Part shown: in pieces, positions 23,063 to 32,739 of the stretch
Position numbering within the stretch: position 1 is the first letter of the stretch
How the letters are laid out: each line of letters starts with the position of its first letter
NCBI GenBank assembly: GCA_965220035.1
Contig: CBDCPC010000001.1
Span: 1,640,118-1,704,117, forward strand
Reading direction: 5' to 3'
Length of the DNA: 64,000 bases
From: Acidimicrobiales bacterium
Lineage (GTDB): Bacteria > Actinomycetota > Acidimicrobiia > Acidimicrobiales > CATQHL01
Notes under the pieces: generated by a model
What the model saw: the letters and a program-made list of their open reading frames with translations, nothing else
What the model was told of the DNA's origin: nothing
The model's database searches: none
Translations under genes and position numbers: made by a program

Positions 23063-24475
23063 ATTCGGCGGCATGCGCATGCCGCCCCTCATTGAAGCCG
23101 CAGCTCGCCGCTCGCGACGAGGTCCAGCACGCCGATATTCGGCGGCATGCGCATGCCGCCCCTCATTGAAGCTAGCCACCTTCGCTCCGGCACGGCTCCC
23201 CGTCGACCATTCGGCGGCATGCGCATGCCGCCCCTCATTGAAGCGGCACGGCGGCGATGTTCTGTCTCCGCCATTTTGCCAATTCGGCGGCATGCGCATG
23301 CCGCCCCTCATTGAAGCGCCGGCGCGGCGGCCGGCGGGCGAGACCCCCGCGCTATTCGGCGGCATGCGCATGCCGCCCCTCATTGAAGCGTCAACGCCGG
23401 AATCAATCAGCCGCAGAACCGGATGATTCGGCGGCATGCGCATGCCGCCCCTCATTGAAGCTCGAGATGGCGGAGTGCTCATGCGAGCACGACCTGCGCA
23501 TTCGGCGGCATGCGCATGCCGCCCCTCATTGAAGCGAGCGCGGTGTCTGGAAGGTGGCGTACCGTCATGGCAATTCGGCGGCATGCGCATGCCGCCCCTC
23601 ATTGAAGCCGCACAGTGCCCGCGATGGTCAGCGCCGCGTGGTGGCATTCGGCGGCATGCGCATGCCGCCCCTCATTGAAGCGAAGACGGCATGTTCTGGA
23701 ATTTCCAGGAACTCGCAGATTCGGCGGCATGCGCATGCCGCCCCTCATTGAAGCGTAGCCGTGGGGGGTGGGGGACATGCGCTGCCAGTCATTCGGCGGC
23801 ATGCGCATGCCGCCCCTCATTGAAGCGGCTCGCAGCCACGGAATTTTCGCAGAGCTCTCCTGATTCGGCGGCATGCGCATGCCGCCCCTCATTGAAGCGC
23901 GCTCGGCCACGTCGACGACTACAGCGACGCGGTCATTCGGCGGCATGCGCATGCCGCCCCTCATTGAAGCGCGGCGATCACGGCCTTGGCGAGGTCGCAC
24001 TCGACGATTCGGCGGCATGCGCATGCCGCCCCTCATTGAAGCAGAATCAACACCGTGCACAAACCGGCCATGAACAAATTCGGCGGCATGCGCATGCCGC
24101 CCCTCATTGAAGCGAGGAGTGAGAGGCCGAGGGTCTCGTCGTCGTCGTGATTCGGCGGCATGCGCATGCCGCCCCTCATTGAAGCTCGAGGGCCCAGATC
24201 GTCGTGCCGTCGGTCGTGACTATTCGGCGGCATGCGCATGCCGCCCCTCATTGAAGCACTCTCGGTGTCGCCGCGGTTGTCGCCGCGATCAGCGATTCGG
24301 CGGCATGCGCATGCCGCCCCTCATTGAAGCGCAGTCACCTCGATAGAGTTGCCGTTCGTGAACTCCAATTCGGCGGCATGCGCATGCCGCCCCTCATTGA
24401 AGCGCCAGCAGGGAGGCCGGGGGGCCACCCCTACTGGTCATTCGGCGGCATGCGCATGCCGCCCCTCATTGCAGT
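23063..24475 (+). CRISPR. CRISPR array: 20 repeats of 36 bp (ATTCGGCGGCATGCGCATGCCGCCCCTCATTGAAGC) and 19 unique spacers of 35-38 bp
   Basis: Repeats start at 23063, 23137, 23209 ... 24368, 24440; the last is degenerate (ends ATTGCAGT); the ATTGAAGC 3' end is typical of type I-G. Confidence 0.99.
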
Positions 24476-24727
24476 GACGATCTGGACGAATTCGATCTGC
24501 TTTGACGGGGATTCGGTGACATCGGCATGTGATGCCGATCGGCGAGATTTCCCGGAGTTGATCGGCGAATCCCCACTCGAGATTGCAATGGTGTCAATGC
24601 AGTTGTGGGGGGTTGGCGGGTGCAGGCTTGCTGAGTTTGGAAGCGGTGGCCGCTGCCAGTGAGGTTGGATTCAAGTCGGCGATTTGGTGGAATGCGGCGC
24701 TCGGGACGCCCGCCCGTGCCCAGCGCG

Positions 24728-25159
24728 TCAGTCCTCGGTCTCGGCGCGAGGATCCACTACCGGCACGAGCCGTGTCCGCTGTGCCCAGGCGACGATCCGT
24801 TGGTCCGTCGTGGCGAGGCGCATCCCTGCCAGCATGGCCGTGGCGACGATCAGCTGGTCGGCCGGATCGTTGTGATATCCGCTGTTCATCAGCAGGACCG
24901 ATTCGACGGCGATGTCTCCGTCGATCGGGATCTCCCTGAGACCGGATCGCAGTCGCTCGCGGCGCCAGACGCCGGGATGGCATCCCAGGTCGATGCGCCC
25001 GTGGTGGTGGAGGCGGGTGGTCTCGACGAACGTCACCGCGGACACGGCGACTCCGCTGCCGACGAGACCGGATTCGACCTCCTCCTTGAAGGATTCGGCG
25101 ATGTCCCCACTGTCGACGGCGAGCCGGAGCAGGACGTTGGTGTCCAGCAGGAGGCTCAC
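24728..25159 (-). CDS. vapC: VapC-family PIN-domain toxin
   Basis: LLLDTNVLL, VSAVTFVE, HNDPADQLIVATA, TTD. Confidence 0.9.
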   Translation of the reverse strand: MSLLLDTNVLLRLAVDSGDIAESFKEEVESGLVGSGVAVSAVTFVETTRLHHHGRIDLGCHPGVWRRERLRSGLREIPIDGDIAVESVLLMNSGYHNDPADQLIVATAMLAGMRLATTDQRIVAWAQRTRLVPVVDPRAETED

Positions 25160-25174
25160 CGCTGGAGCGGATGA

Positions 25175-25468
25175 TCAGGCATCGCGATCGACGACGTGTC
25201 CAGGATCGCCCAGCATTTCCCAGTCGTCGGCGGGAATGGCCGGATCGCCGTCGATGTCCGCAATGATCTGCAGTTGGCCCTGGCAGGATCCGACCAATCT
25301 CGGTCGCTCTGCGCGGAACGGGCTGACCAGTACGACCGGCCGCCGGTGCTTGGTCACGACGATCTCGGTTCCGGTTTCCTGCACCTCGTCCATGAGGCGC
25401 AGGCAGTTCGTCTTGAACTCGCCGGCGGGCACCGTGCGTTCGCTCGAGTTGATGGGTGAGATCGCCAT
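25175..25468 (-). CDS. Phd/YefM-family antitoxin
   Basis: AGEFKTNCLRLMDEV...IVVTKHRRPV; leaderless TACAAT promoter. Confidence 0.9.
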   Translation of the reverse strand: MAISPINSSERTVPAGEFKTNCLRLMDEVQETGTEIVVTKHRRPVVLVSPFRAERPRLVGSCQGQLQIIADIDGDPAIPADDWEMLGDPGHVVDRDA

Positions 25469-25500
25469 GCCGCAATTGTAGTCACAAATATCTGACCAAA
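25469..25500 (-). promoter_or_regulatory. TA promoter/operator
   Basis: TACAAT 6 nt before ATG; imperfect inverted repeat TGGTCA-N8-TGACTA overlapping the promoter. Confidence 0.5.
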
Positions 25501-25608
25501 AGTCCGCTGCGCGGTCGTGATAGGGGGCGAGCGGATTGGATTCAAGCTCGTGGGGAGGGGAGATCACAGCAACGAGAGGCCGAGTCATGGCGACCTTAGG
25601 CTGGATCT

Positions 25609-26046
25609 GTGCAAGCACTGGTGCAGCGGGCCGCGCAGGCTCACGTGCGGGTGGACGGCCGAGTCGTCGGCGAGATCGGTCCGGGACTGTGCTGCCTGGT
25701 CGGGGTTACCCACGGCGACGATCGCAACACTGCCGTGAAGCTGGCGGCCAAGCTCTGGCACCTGCGGATATTCGCCGACGAGAACGGTCACATGAACCGG
25801 TCGGTGGCCGATACCGGCGGCGAAGTTCTGCTCGTCAGCCAGTTCACCCTCTACGGCGACACTCGCAAAGGCCGCTGACCGTCGTTCGTCGCCGCTGCCG
25901 CACCCGACGAAGCGGCCCGGTTGATCGACGACCTGGTTGCCGAACTGCGGCGCCTGGGCGCAACCGTGGCCACCGGCTCGTTCAGTTCCGACATGGCGGT
26001 AGAGCTGATCAACGACGGCCCCGTCACCCTGATGGTCGAGATCTGA
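25609..26046 (+). pseudogene. dtd: Second dtd copy with an in-frame TGA at 25876-25878
   Basis: Colinear with 11533-11970 (about 54 mismatches in 438 nt by hand count); the Arg codon of GRRPSF is replaced by TGA; homology continues to NDGPVTLMVEI*. Confidence 0.92.
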
Positions 26047-26111
26047 CCCGGTTGCCTGCCCCATCGTGCGAGCTGGGAAGAGCCCGCTCCGGATCGCGTC
26101 GTTGCCGTCGG

Positions 26112-26552
26112 CTACTCCGCGGCGACGAGGACCTCGGTGCGCCCCTTGACCTGACCGAAGCTCTCGGCGAGGTTGATGACGGCAGTGGTGAGTTGGTCGA
26201 TCCGCGTGTCGAGTTGTTCCGACGAACTGCTGATCTCCTTGCGGAGGGCGGTTGCGCCGTCGGCCATCTCCTTGCGGAGGGCGGTTGCGCCGTCGGCCAT
26301 CTCCTTGCGGAGGGCGGTTGCGCCGTCGGCCATCTCCTTGCGGAGCGCGGCGGTTTGGGCGTTCATGTCCTTGCGGAGCGCGGCGAACCCGTCGTTCATG
26401 TCCTTGCGGAGGGCGGCGATCTCGGCGCTCATGTCGGTGCGGAGGCTCGCGTTGTCGGCGCGCAGGTCCTTGATGTCGGCGCGGCGCGTGCGGTCGAGAT
26501 AGAGCATGACCGTCAGGATGAGGGCGAGGATGCCGAGGATTGCAGGATCCAT
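26112..26552 (-). CDS. Small membrane-anchored coiled-coil protein with 11-aa repeats (146 aa)
   Basis: MDPAILGILALILTVMLYL TM helix, then (ALRKEMADGAT)n; GAAAGG RBS and TACGAT -10 upstream. Confidence 0.75.
   Translation of the reverse strand: MDPAILGILALILTVMLYLDRTRRADIKDLRADNASLRTDMSAEIAALRKDMNDGFAALRKDMNAQTAALRKEMADGATALRKEMADGATALRKEMADGATALRKEISSSSEQLDTRIDQLTTAVINLAESFGQVKGRTEVLVAAE
26233..26463. repeat. 33-bp tandem repeat (3 perfect plus 4 diverged units)
   Basis: ATCTCCTTGCGGAGGGCGGTTGCGCCGTCGGCC x3, followed by variants. Confidence 0.9.
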
Positions 26553-26819
26553 AGTAGGCCTTTCGGGATCGTAGCCGGTGGGGGTGGCAGCGGGATACTG
26601 CGCCGCGCCCGCGTGCAGGCAACACCGGCGGGTGGCCGAAGACCATTGCGTCGAATGGAGGCTGGAAAGAAATGGAATATACCAGCAAATAATGAGATGT
26701 AAACTTGGGGCCCTGTCCAACAGAATCGGGTGCGGTCCGGTCATTACAGTGGATCCACACGGCTGGGACAGGAACCCGGCCCGGCGATCGGCCGCCGGTG
26801 ACAACAGGAGGGGGAGACG

Positions 26820-27572
26820 ATGAGCGCGTGGACGTTGGAGGGGATCAAGCTGCCCGGCTACGAGGGGCGGGTGGCCGTGGTGACCGGTGCGGCTCGCAAC
26901 ATCGGGCGGGCGATTGCCGAGGCGATGCGAGGTCAGGGCGCGCAGGTGGCGCTGCTGGACATGGACTGGGAGGGCGAGGACATGCCCGACGACCCGGGGA
27001 TGCTGACGCTCGACTGCGATGTCGCCGACGAGGCCGCGGTAGATGCGGCGATCAGTGAGGTGGAGGCCACGTTCGGGGCCCCCTCGATCCTCGTGAACAA
27101 CGCCGGGGTCCTCGGACCCGCCGGGGTTCCGAATACCAGCCTGGAGGAATGGCAGCGGGTCTTCGACGTCAACTCCACGGGGGCGTTCCTGTGCATCCGC
27201 CGGGTACTGCCGGCCATGCGGGAGGCCCGCTACGGCCGCATCATCAACATCGGCTCCAACTCCGGGAAGATGGGCAGCCTCTCGGGCGTCACGGCCTACG
27301 CCGCCTCCAAGGGCGCCGTGCACACCCTGGCGCGGGCGGTTGCGCCTGAAGTGGCCAGGGAGGGCATCACGGTCAACGCCCTGGCGCCGTCCATGATCCA
27401 CAGCCGCATGACCGAGCGGCCCAATATGGACCAGTACGCCAAATTGGTGCTCGTCGGGCGGATGGGAACCCCGAGCGACGTGGCGTACGCCGCCCTGTTC
27501 CTGGGGAGTTCCGCCGCGTCGTTCATCACCGCCGAGGTGATGGACGTGAACGGCGGCTACTACATCGACTGA
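26820..27572 (+). CDS. SDR family oxidoreductase (FabG-like)
   Basis: TGAARNIG, VNNAG, YAASK, DVNGG. Confidence 0.9.
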   Translation: MSAWTLEGIKLPGYEGRVAVVTGAARNIGRAIAEAMRGQGAQVALLDMDWEGEDMPDDPGMLTLDCDVADEAAVDAAISEVEATFGAPSILVNNAGVLGPAGVPNTSLEEWQRVFDVNSTGAFLCIRRVLPAMREARYGRIINIGSNSGKMGSLSGVTAYAASKGAVHTLARAVAPEVAREGITVNALAPSMIHSRMTERPNMDQYAKLVLVGRMGTPSDVAYAALFLGSSAASFITAEVMDVNGGYYID

Positions 27573-28183
27573 GTCTCCGGCTCCCGGCGCCGGAACGTGA
27601 CGCTCATGCGGGGAGGCGCCACGGCCATCTTGGGAACGCTGTGCTCCCAGTGGTGCTGGCAGTCGCCGCCCATCACCAGCAGATCGCCCGACGCCGGCTT
27701 GAAGGCACGGGAGCGCCCCCCACCGCGCGGTCGCGGCAGGAAGCGGCGTGGTCCGCCGAGTGAGACGATGGCCACGATGGGCTGCCGGTGGATCCGCCCG
27801 ACCCGATCGCTGTGCCACGCCACCGAGTCCTGCCCGTGGCGGTAGTAGTTCACCCAGACCGAGTCCAGCCGCTCGTCGTAGTGGGCGTCGAGTGCCGCGG
27901 CCATGGCGTCGAGGATGGCGGGGGTGCCGGTACCTCCCAGCTCGCAGACGGCACTGAGCCGAGGCTCGTCCACCAGGCGGTCGTACATGCGGCGACGGCC
28001 GCAGCGCCAGGGCAAGAGCTCGGCCAGGTCGACGAGCAGCGTGTCGGCTCCCCGTAGCCATCCCGCCGCGACATCCAGCCAATTCGTCTCGTCGAGCCAG
28101 TGGCGGGCGATGCGAGCCCCGCCATTGACCGAGGATTCACCGCCGGCGAGGAGGCTGGGTTGATACTCGCCGAGTCCGGCCAT
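27560..28183 (-). CDS. alkB: AlkB-family 2OG-Fe(II) dioxygenase
   Basis: NYYRHGQDSVAWHSD, GDLLVMGG, WEHSVPK, RMSVTFR. Confidence 0.88.
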   Translation of the reverse strand: MAGLGEYQPSLLAGGESSVNGGARIARHWLDETNWLDVAAGWLRGADTLLVDLAELLPWRCGRRRMYDRLVDEPRLSAVCELGGTGTPAILDAMAAALDAHYDERLDSVWVNYYRHGQDSVAWHSDRVGRIHRQPIVAIVSLGGPRRFLPRPRGGGRSRAFKPASGDLLVMGGDCQHHWEHSVPKMAVAPPRMSVTFRRREPETQSM

Positions 28184-28280
28184 TGCGCCAATCTATACAT
28201 ACATGTGTTTGTGTTCAAGCAAAGAAAATCTCACGAGCGGCCGGGAAGTTGTCAACCTTCGGGGGGTGCAAACCGTCTGT

Positions 28281-28541
28281 ATGGGCATGAGGAACGAATT
28301 TCACCCGCAGACCTCACGAACCGGAGCGACGCAGCACGCGCTGCACTGCACCTGCAGCCCGATCCGCTGGTCCTCACCGGTTCTGAGCGACATCGACACG
28401 GCTGAGTTGCCGTGCCTGGCGTTCGCCCCGAACCCGGTGTCCGAGGTGAACCCGGCCGAGCCCCGGCGCACCCACCAGGTGTCGACGTGGGACTGGAGCC
28501 GGGCAGGCAGCCGCCACCAGCGGCGCCCCAACGCCGCCTGA
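28281..28541 (+). CDS. Hypothetical small protein
   Basis: Divergent from alkB and followed by a terminator hairpin; no recognisable motif. Confidence 0.3.
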   Translation: MGMRNEFHPQTSRTGATQHALHCTCSPIRWSSPVLSDIDTAELPCLAFAPNPVSEVNPAEPRRTHQVSTWDWSRAGSRHQRRPNAA

Positions 28542-28618
28542 CGCCACCCGGCGCAACCGAACGCGGCGGCCGGTCATCACGGTCGCCGGAACTGACAACT
28601 GATCTCCCCCCCAAGCCC

Positions 28619-28656
28619 CCGGCCCCGGATACCTCCTCCGGGGCCGGTTCATTTTT
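28619..28656 (+). terminator. Rho-independent terminator
   Basis: CCGGCCCCGGA-7nt-TCCGGGGCCGG followed by TTCATTTTT. Confidence 0.7.
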
Positions 28657-28743
28657 CGAGCCGGTCCCGGCGAGGGGTGGCCACTCGCCGCCGCGTGCGA
28701 GACTTGGCGCCGCCAACATCGCAGAGCCCCTCGGAGGATCACC

Positions 28744-29550
28744 ATGACGAACGCCCGGCAACTGGCCAACGAGGCTGCGGCGCAGATCGGCGACCGCCTC
28801 GGCGAGGGCTTCGAAGCCGCCGTCGTGCTCGGCACCGGCTGGGACGATGCCGTGGCCGAGTTGGGCGACACCGAGGCGCAGATCCCGACCACGAATCTGG
28901 CGGGGTTCCCGGCCTCCCGCGTGGAAGGCCACGGCGGCACCGTGGCTGCGGTGGCGGCCGGCGATCGGCGCGTGCTGGTGTTCCGGGGGCGGGTCCATCT
29001 CTACGAGGGGAACTCCGCTGCCGCCGTCACCCACGGCGTGCGCACCGCGGCGGCCGCCGGCTGCGGCGTGGCGGTGCTGACCAATGCGGCCGGAGGGCTC
29101 CGAGCGCACTACCGCGTCGGCGGGCCGGTGCTCATCTCCGACCACCTGAACCTCACGGGTACCTCACCGGTGGCGGGGACCGAGTGGGGCACCGACCGCT
29201 TCGTCAATCTTGTCGACGCCTACTCGCCTCGCCTCCGCGCCCTGGCCGCCGAGGTCGACCCCGAGGTGCCCGAGGGGGTGTACGCGGGCCTGCGCGGCCC
29301 CCATTTCGAGACACCGGCCGAGATCGAGATGTTGCGGATCATGGGGGCCGACCTGGTGGGAATGTCCACGGTGCTGGAGTCCATCGCGGCGCGCCACTGC
29401 GGTCTCGAGGTGCTCGGTGTGTCGCTCGTGACCAACCTGGCCGCGGGGATGACCGACGAGGGCCCCAGCCATCAGGAGGTACTCGAAGCGGGAGCCGCCT
29501 CCGGTGTACGGGTGGGCCGGCTACTGCGCGGCGTGATCGACCGCCTCTGA
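28744..29550 (+). CDS. punA: Purine-nucleoside phosphorylase (trimeric type)
   Basis: [42 protein letters not shown]; GGAGG RBS. Confidence 0.93.
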   Translation: MTNARQLANEAAAQIGDRLGEGFEAAVVLGTGWDDAVAELGDTEAQIPTTNLAGFPASRVEGHGGTVAAVAAGDRRVLVFRGRVHLYEGNSAAAVTHGVRTAAAAGCGVAVLTNAAGGLRAHYRVGGPVLISDHLNLTGTSPVAGTEWGTDRFVNLVDAYSPRLRALAAEVDPEVPEGVYAGLRGPHFETPAEIEMLRIMGADLVGMSTVLESIAARHCGLEVLGVSLVTNLAAGMTDEGPSHQEVLEAGAASGVRVGRLLRGVIDRL

Positions 29551-29611
29551 CGAGGCAACTCGGCTCGTGCTGTCAAGGTCCGTTAGGCGGATCGACGCTC
29601 TGGCGCCGGCG

Positions 29612-29637
29612 TGGATTCGGGCCTTCGCCGGAATGAC
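29612..29637 (-). repeat. REP hairpin, intergenic
   Basis: TGGATTCGGGCCTTCGCCGGAATGAC. Confidence 0.85.
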
Positions 29638-29721
29638 GAACGAGGGGTGGAGTGATGGTTGAGGCACCCCTCGTCGTTGGGAGGTAAGCATGTACCGGAC
29701 TCCGGTCCTGGGCGGGAACCC

Positions 29722-31758
29722 ATGGGCGAAACCACCGGGATGTCGATGACTGACGCCGCCGGGCTGCGGGCGGCCGTTGCGGCGTGGCTGGAGGCCGATC
29801 CCGATCCGCGCACGCGGGCCGAGTTGGTCGACCTGCTGGCGGCGGCCGAGACCGATCCGGCGGCCGAGGAGGAGTTGCGCCGCCGCTTCGACGGTCGTTT
29901 GCGGTTCGGCACCGCCGGGCTGCGGGCGCCGCTGGGCGCCGGGCCGGCGTGCATGAACCGGGTCGTCGTCCGCTGCGCCACCGCGGCGGTCATGGCCACG
30001 CTCCCGCCCCGAGCGCGGGTGATCGTGGCGCACGACGCCCGCAGGAACTCCGACGTGTTCGCAGCCGACGCAACCGCCCTGGTGGCCGCCGCCGGGGGAG
30101 AGGCGTTGCTGCTGGGCGAGGCGCCCACCCCCGTGGCGGCGCACGCCGTCGTGGACCGGACGGCGCACGCCGGCATCGTGATCACCGCCAGCCACAACCC
30201 GCCCGGCGACAACGGCTACAAGCTCTACGGGGCCGACGGCGTGCAGATCGTGCCGCCCGTCGACGCCGAGGTGGAGGCGCACATGGCGGCCGCTCCGCTC
30301 CCACCCCGCCAACTCCCGCCGCCGTCGGGTGCCGGGGTGGTACGCCGCGTCGGCTCCGAAGCGACCGAGCGTTACCTGGCGGCGATCACCCGGCGCCTGC
30401 AGCAGCCGCCTCCGGGGGAGATGTCCAACGCTCCGCAATCAGCCGAGCCGCCGCCGGCCAACTCCGATCGTCATTCCGGCGGAGGCCGGAATCCACTACC
30501 CAGCGGCCCGACCTGCGTTGATGAGCCCCGCCCAGCGGCAGCCACCCCGCTGCGTGTGGTGTACACGCCCCTGCACGGCGTCGGGGCGCCGGTGCTGCTG
30601 GCGCTGTTCGACCGTTTGGCGTTGCCCGCACCGATGGTGGTGGCCTCCCAGGCCGCCCCCGACGGCGACTTCCCGACCGTGGCCTTCCCGAACCCCGAGG
30701 AGCCAGGGGCACTGGACGCTGCCTACTCCTTCGCCACCGAGCAGGGCGCCGACCTGGTGATCGCCAACGACCCCGACGCCGACCGCCTCGCTGTCGCCGT
30801 ACCCGCTGCAACAGCCGAGCGAGGGTGGGGGACGCCGGGGTCGGGGCCGGATCGATTACGCAGGCGAGAGCCGGACACGGCACCGGCGGCCCCCGTCCGG
30901 GCAGCGGGCGACCCAGACGACCATCCTGCCTGGCGCCGGCTGACCGGCGACGAGCTGGGCGTGTTGCTGGCCGACTGCCTGCTGCGCCGTCGTACCGCCA
31001 CCGGCGACGACGAGCCGGTGCTGCTGGCGGCAAGCGTGGTCTCCTCACAGATGCTGCGAGCGATGGCGGCCGACGCCGGCGTGGCCTACGCCGAGACCCT
31101 GACGGGATTCAAGTGGATCGCCCGGGCGGCCCACGGCCGAGCGGAGCGGCTGCTGTTCGGTTACGAGGAGGCGCTGGGCTACGCCGCCTGCGACGAGGTG
31201 CGCGACAAGGACGGCATCAGCGCGGCGGCCCTGCTGGTACAGCTCGTGGCCGAGCTTCGTGCCGGAGGCTCGTCGCTCAGCGAACGTCTCGACGATCTGG
31301 CGCGCCAGTACGGCGTGTACGCCACCGGCCAGTTGACGGTTCGGTTCCCATCCGCCGACGCCGCCGTAGGTCCGGCCGCGGCCACCGGACGTCTCCGCCA
31401 ACACCTACCATCCGACCTGGCCGGCCGGCCGGTGACCTCCGTGACCGATTACCTGGCGACCCCGGCCCGGGGGCCGGCAGCGCGCAGCGGCGTGGCCGGG
31501 GAGTGGATTCCGGCCTCTGCCGGAATGACGGTGGGCGGCACTCCGGACGCGACGCAGCCGGCGACCGACATGCTGGTCTTCGGTCTGGGGAGCGGCGACC
31601 GGGTCATCGTTCGCCCCAGCGGCACCGAACCCAAGCTGAAGGCGTACATCGAGACGGTGGAGCGCGTAGGCGGCGGTGATCTCGCCACAGCCCGCCGTCG
31701 CGCTCACGATCGACTCGGCCGGATCGCCGAGGCGGTACGACCGCTCGTGACCGCCTGA
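29722..31758 (+). CDS. Phospho-sugar mutase (PMM/PGM/phosphopentomutase-like) with three large loop insertions
   Basis: FGTAGLR, TASHNP, DPDADR, GYEEALG, RPSGTEPKLK; start could be 29722, 29740 or 29746. Confidence 0.92.
   Translation: MGETTGMSMTDAAGLRAAVAAWLEADPDPRTRAELVDLLAAAETDPAAEEELRRRFDGRLRFGTAGLRAPLGAGPACMNRVVVRCATAAVMATLPPRARVIVAHDARRNSDVFAADATALVAAAGGEALLLGEAPTPVAAHAVVDRTAHAGIVITASHNPPGDNGYKLYGADGVQIVPPVDAEVEAHMAAAPLPPRQLPPPSGAGVVRRVGSEATERYLAAITRRLQQPPPGEMSNAPQSAEPPPANSDRHSGGGRNPLPSGPTCVDEPRPAAATPLRVVYTPLHGVGAPVLLALFDRLALPAPMVVASQAAPDGDFPTVAFPNPEEPGALDAAYSFATEQGADLVIANDPDADRLAVAVPAATAERGWGTPGSGPDRLRRREPDTAPAAPVRAAGDPDDHPAWRRLTGDELGVLLADCLLRRRTATGDDEPVLLAASVVSSQMLRAMAADAGVAYAETLTGFKWIARAAHGRAERLLFGYEEALGYAACDEVRDKDGISAAALLVQLVAELRAGGSSLSERLDDLARQYGVYATGQLTVRFPSADAAVGPAAATGRLRQHLPSDLAGRPVTSVTDYLATPARGPAARSGVAGEWIPASAGMTVGGTPDATQPATDMLVFGLGSGDRVIVRPSGTEPKLKAYIETVERVGGGDLATARRRAHDRLGRIAEAVRPLVTA
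30470..30495 (+). repeat. REP hairpin, in frame inside the mutase
   Basis: Exact consensus; encodes RHSGGGRNP. Confidence 0.9.
31504..31529 (-). repeat. REP hairpin, in frame inside the mutase
   Basis: Encodes WIPASAGMT. Confidence 0.9.
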
Positions 31759-31882
31759 GCATCCCCGCCCTGGCTCGGGTCAGGACTGCACTCGCCGGGA
31801 GAACACACTTCGGCTGTGAGTGCGAAGGCTCATCTATAGGAGGGTCCCAGAACATGGGACAGTGCGCCGGCCCAGGCGGGGA

Positions 31883-32296
31883 TCACTCGTCAGGATGAGT
31901 CACAGGTGGTGTGAGGAACTCGCAGCGAGGGCCCGTGGCCCGGGCCAGTCGCCTATCGAAGGTGGCGAGAGGCGCTTCGAGTTTCTCGGCGAGGGCGACG
32001 TAACAGGCGTCGTACGCCGTGATGTTCGAACGGAGTTCCCAAACCCGTTCGGCGACCAGCGCGTAGTCGAACAACGCAACCCGCAGTGCCAGGAGATCCT
32101 GATGAGCCAGCGAGGCCAGTTCAGTTGAGAGGCGGCCCGCGAGGAGGGCACGCCGCAGGACGTGGGCAGCTTCGACGGGCATCAGATGAGGTGCCGCAAG
32201 ATCGTCGGAAGCGAGGATTCTCTCGGCCCAGGCACCCTGGAGGGTGTCCTCTGCGAGGCCCGCCACGACGATCGATGCGTCGACGACGAGCGTCAC
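31883..32296 (-). CDS. vapC: VapC-family PIN-domain toxin
   Basis: LVVDASIVV, APHLMPVE, NITAYDACYVALAE..LATFDRRL; GTGA overlap with the antitoxin. Confidence 0.88.
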   Translation of the reverse strand: MTLVVDASIVVAGLAEDTLQGAWAERILASDDLAAPHLMPVEAAHVLRRALLAGRLSTELASLAHQDLLALRVALFDYALVAERVWELRSNITAYDACYVALAEKLEAPLATFDRRLARATGPRCEFLTPPVTHPDE

Positions 32297-32526
32297 CGTC
32301 GCCCGGCGTCGCGGAACTCGAGAATGTCGTCGATGGTGAGGGTGCCGCCGCCGCGTTGCTTGCGCTCTCGTACGGCCGCGAAGAGAGCTGTCTGGTCGGG
32401 GTAGTCCGCCAGCTTGATCAACTCCTGGCGCAGGTACTCTTGCAGGGACTTCCCGCTGTGCGCCGCCCGGGACGCGAGTTCGTTGCGGGTGTCCTGCGGG
32501 ACGTCTCTGATGGTGATCGAAGGCAT
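32293..32526 (-). CDS. FitA-like ribbon-helix-helix antitoxin (VapB)
   Basis: SITIRDVP...RAAHSGKSLQEYLR; leaderless TAGAAT promoter with an ATGCATGCAT palindrome. Confidence 0.88.
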   Translation of the reverse strand: MPSITIRDVPQDTRNELASRAAHSGKSLQEYLRQELIKLADYPDQTALFAAVRERKQRGGGTLTIDDILEFRDAGRR

Positions 32527-32739
32527 GCATGCATTCTACAGCTATCAGCAGCAAAATGCATGTTCCAGTCACCGGCCCGCCTCCTGAAGATCCTCCGCGA
32601 CGCCACCCCTGACAGCGGGGCCGGGGCGACCCCGGCACACCCACCTCGGCGAGTTCTGCGCCGACGACCTCACCACGTTCGACCGCGACATGGCCCACCT
32701 CACCGACATACGCTTCGGCGGCGTCCGCCTCTGATCGCC

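Noticed and set aside
23099-24439. Self-targeting spacers within the window
   Set aside because: No match noticed by eye; an exhaustive alignment was not possible, so this is unproven rather than excluded
23018-24662. Many ORFs with repeated MRGGMRMPPN / SAACACRPSLK peptides
   Set aside because: They are translations of CRISPR repeats, not genes
25876-25878. TGA in dtd copy 2 as selenocysteine or programmed readthrough
   Set aside because: It replaces a conserved Arg (CGA to TGA is a simple transition), other substitutions affect conserved residues, and an intact copy exists
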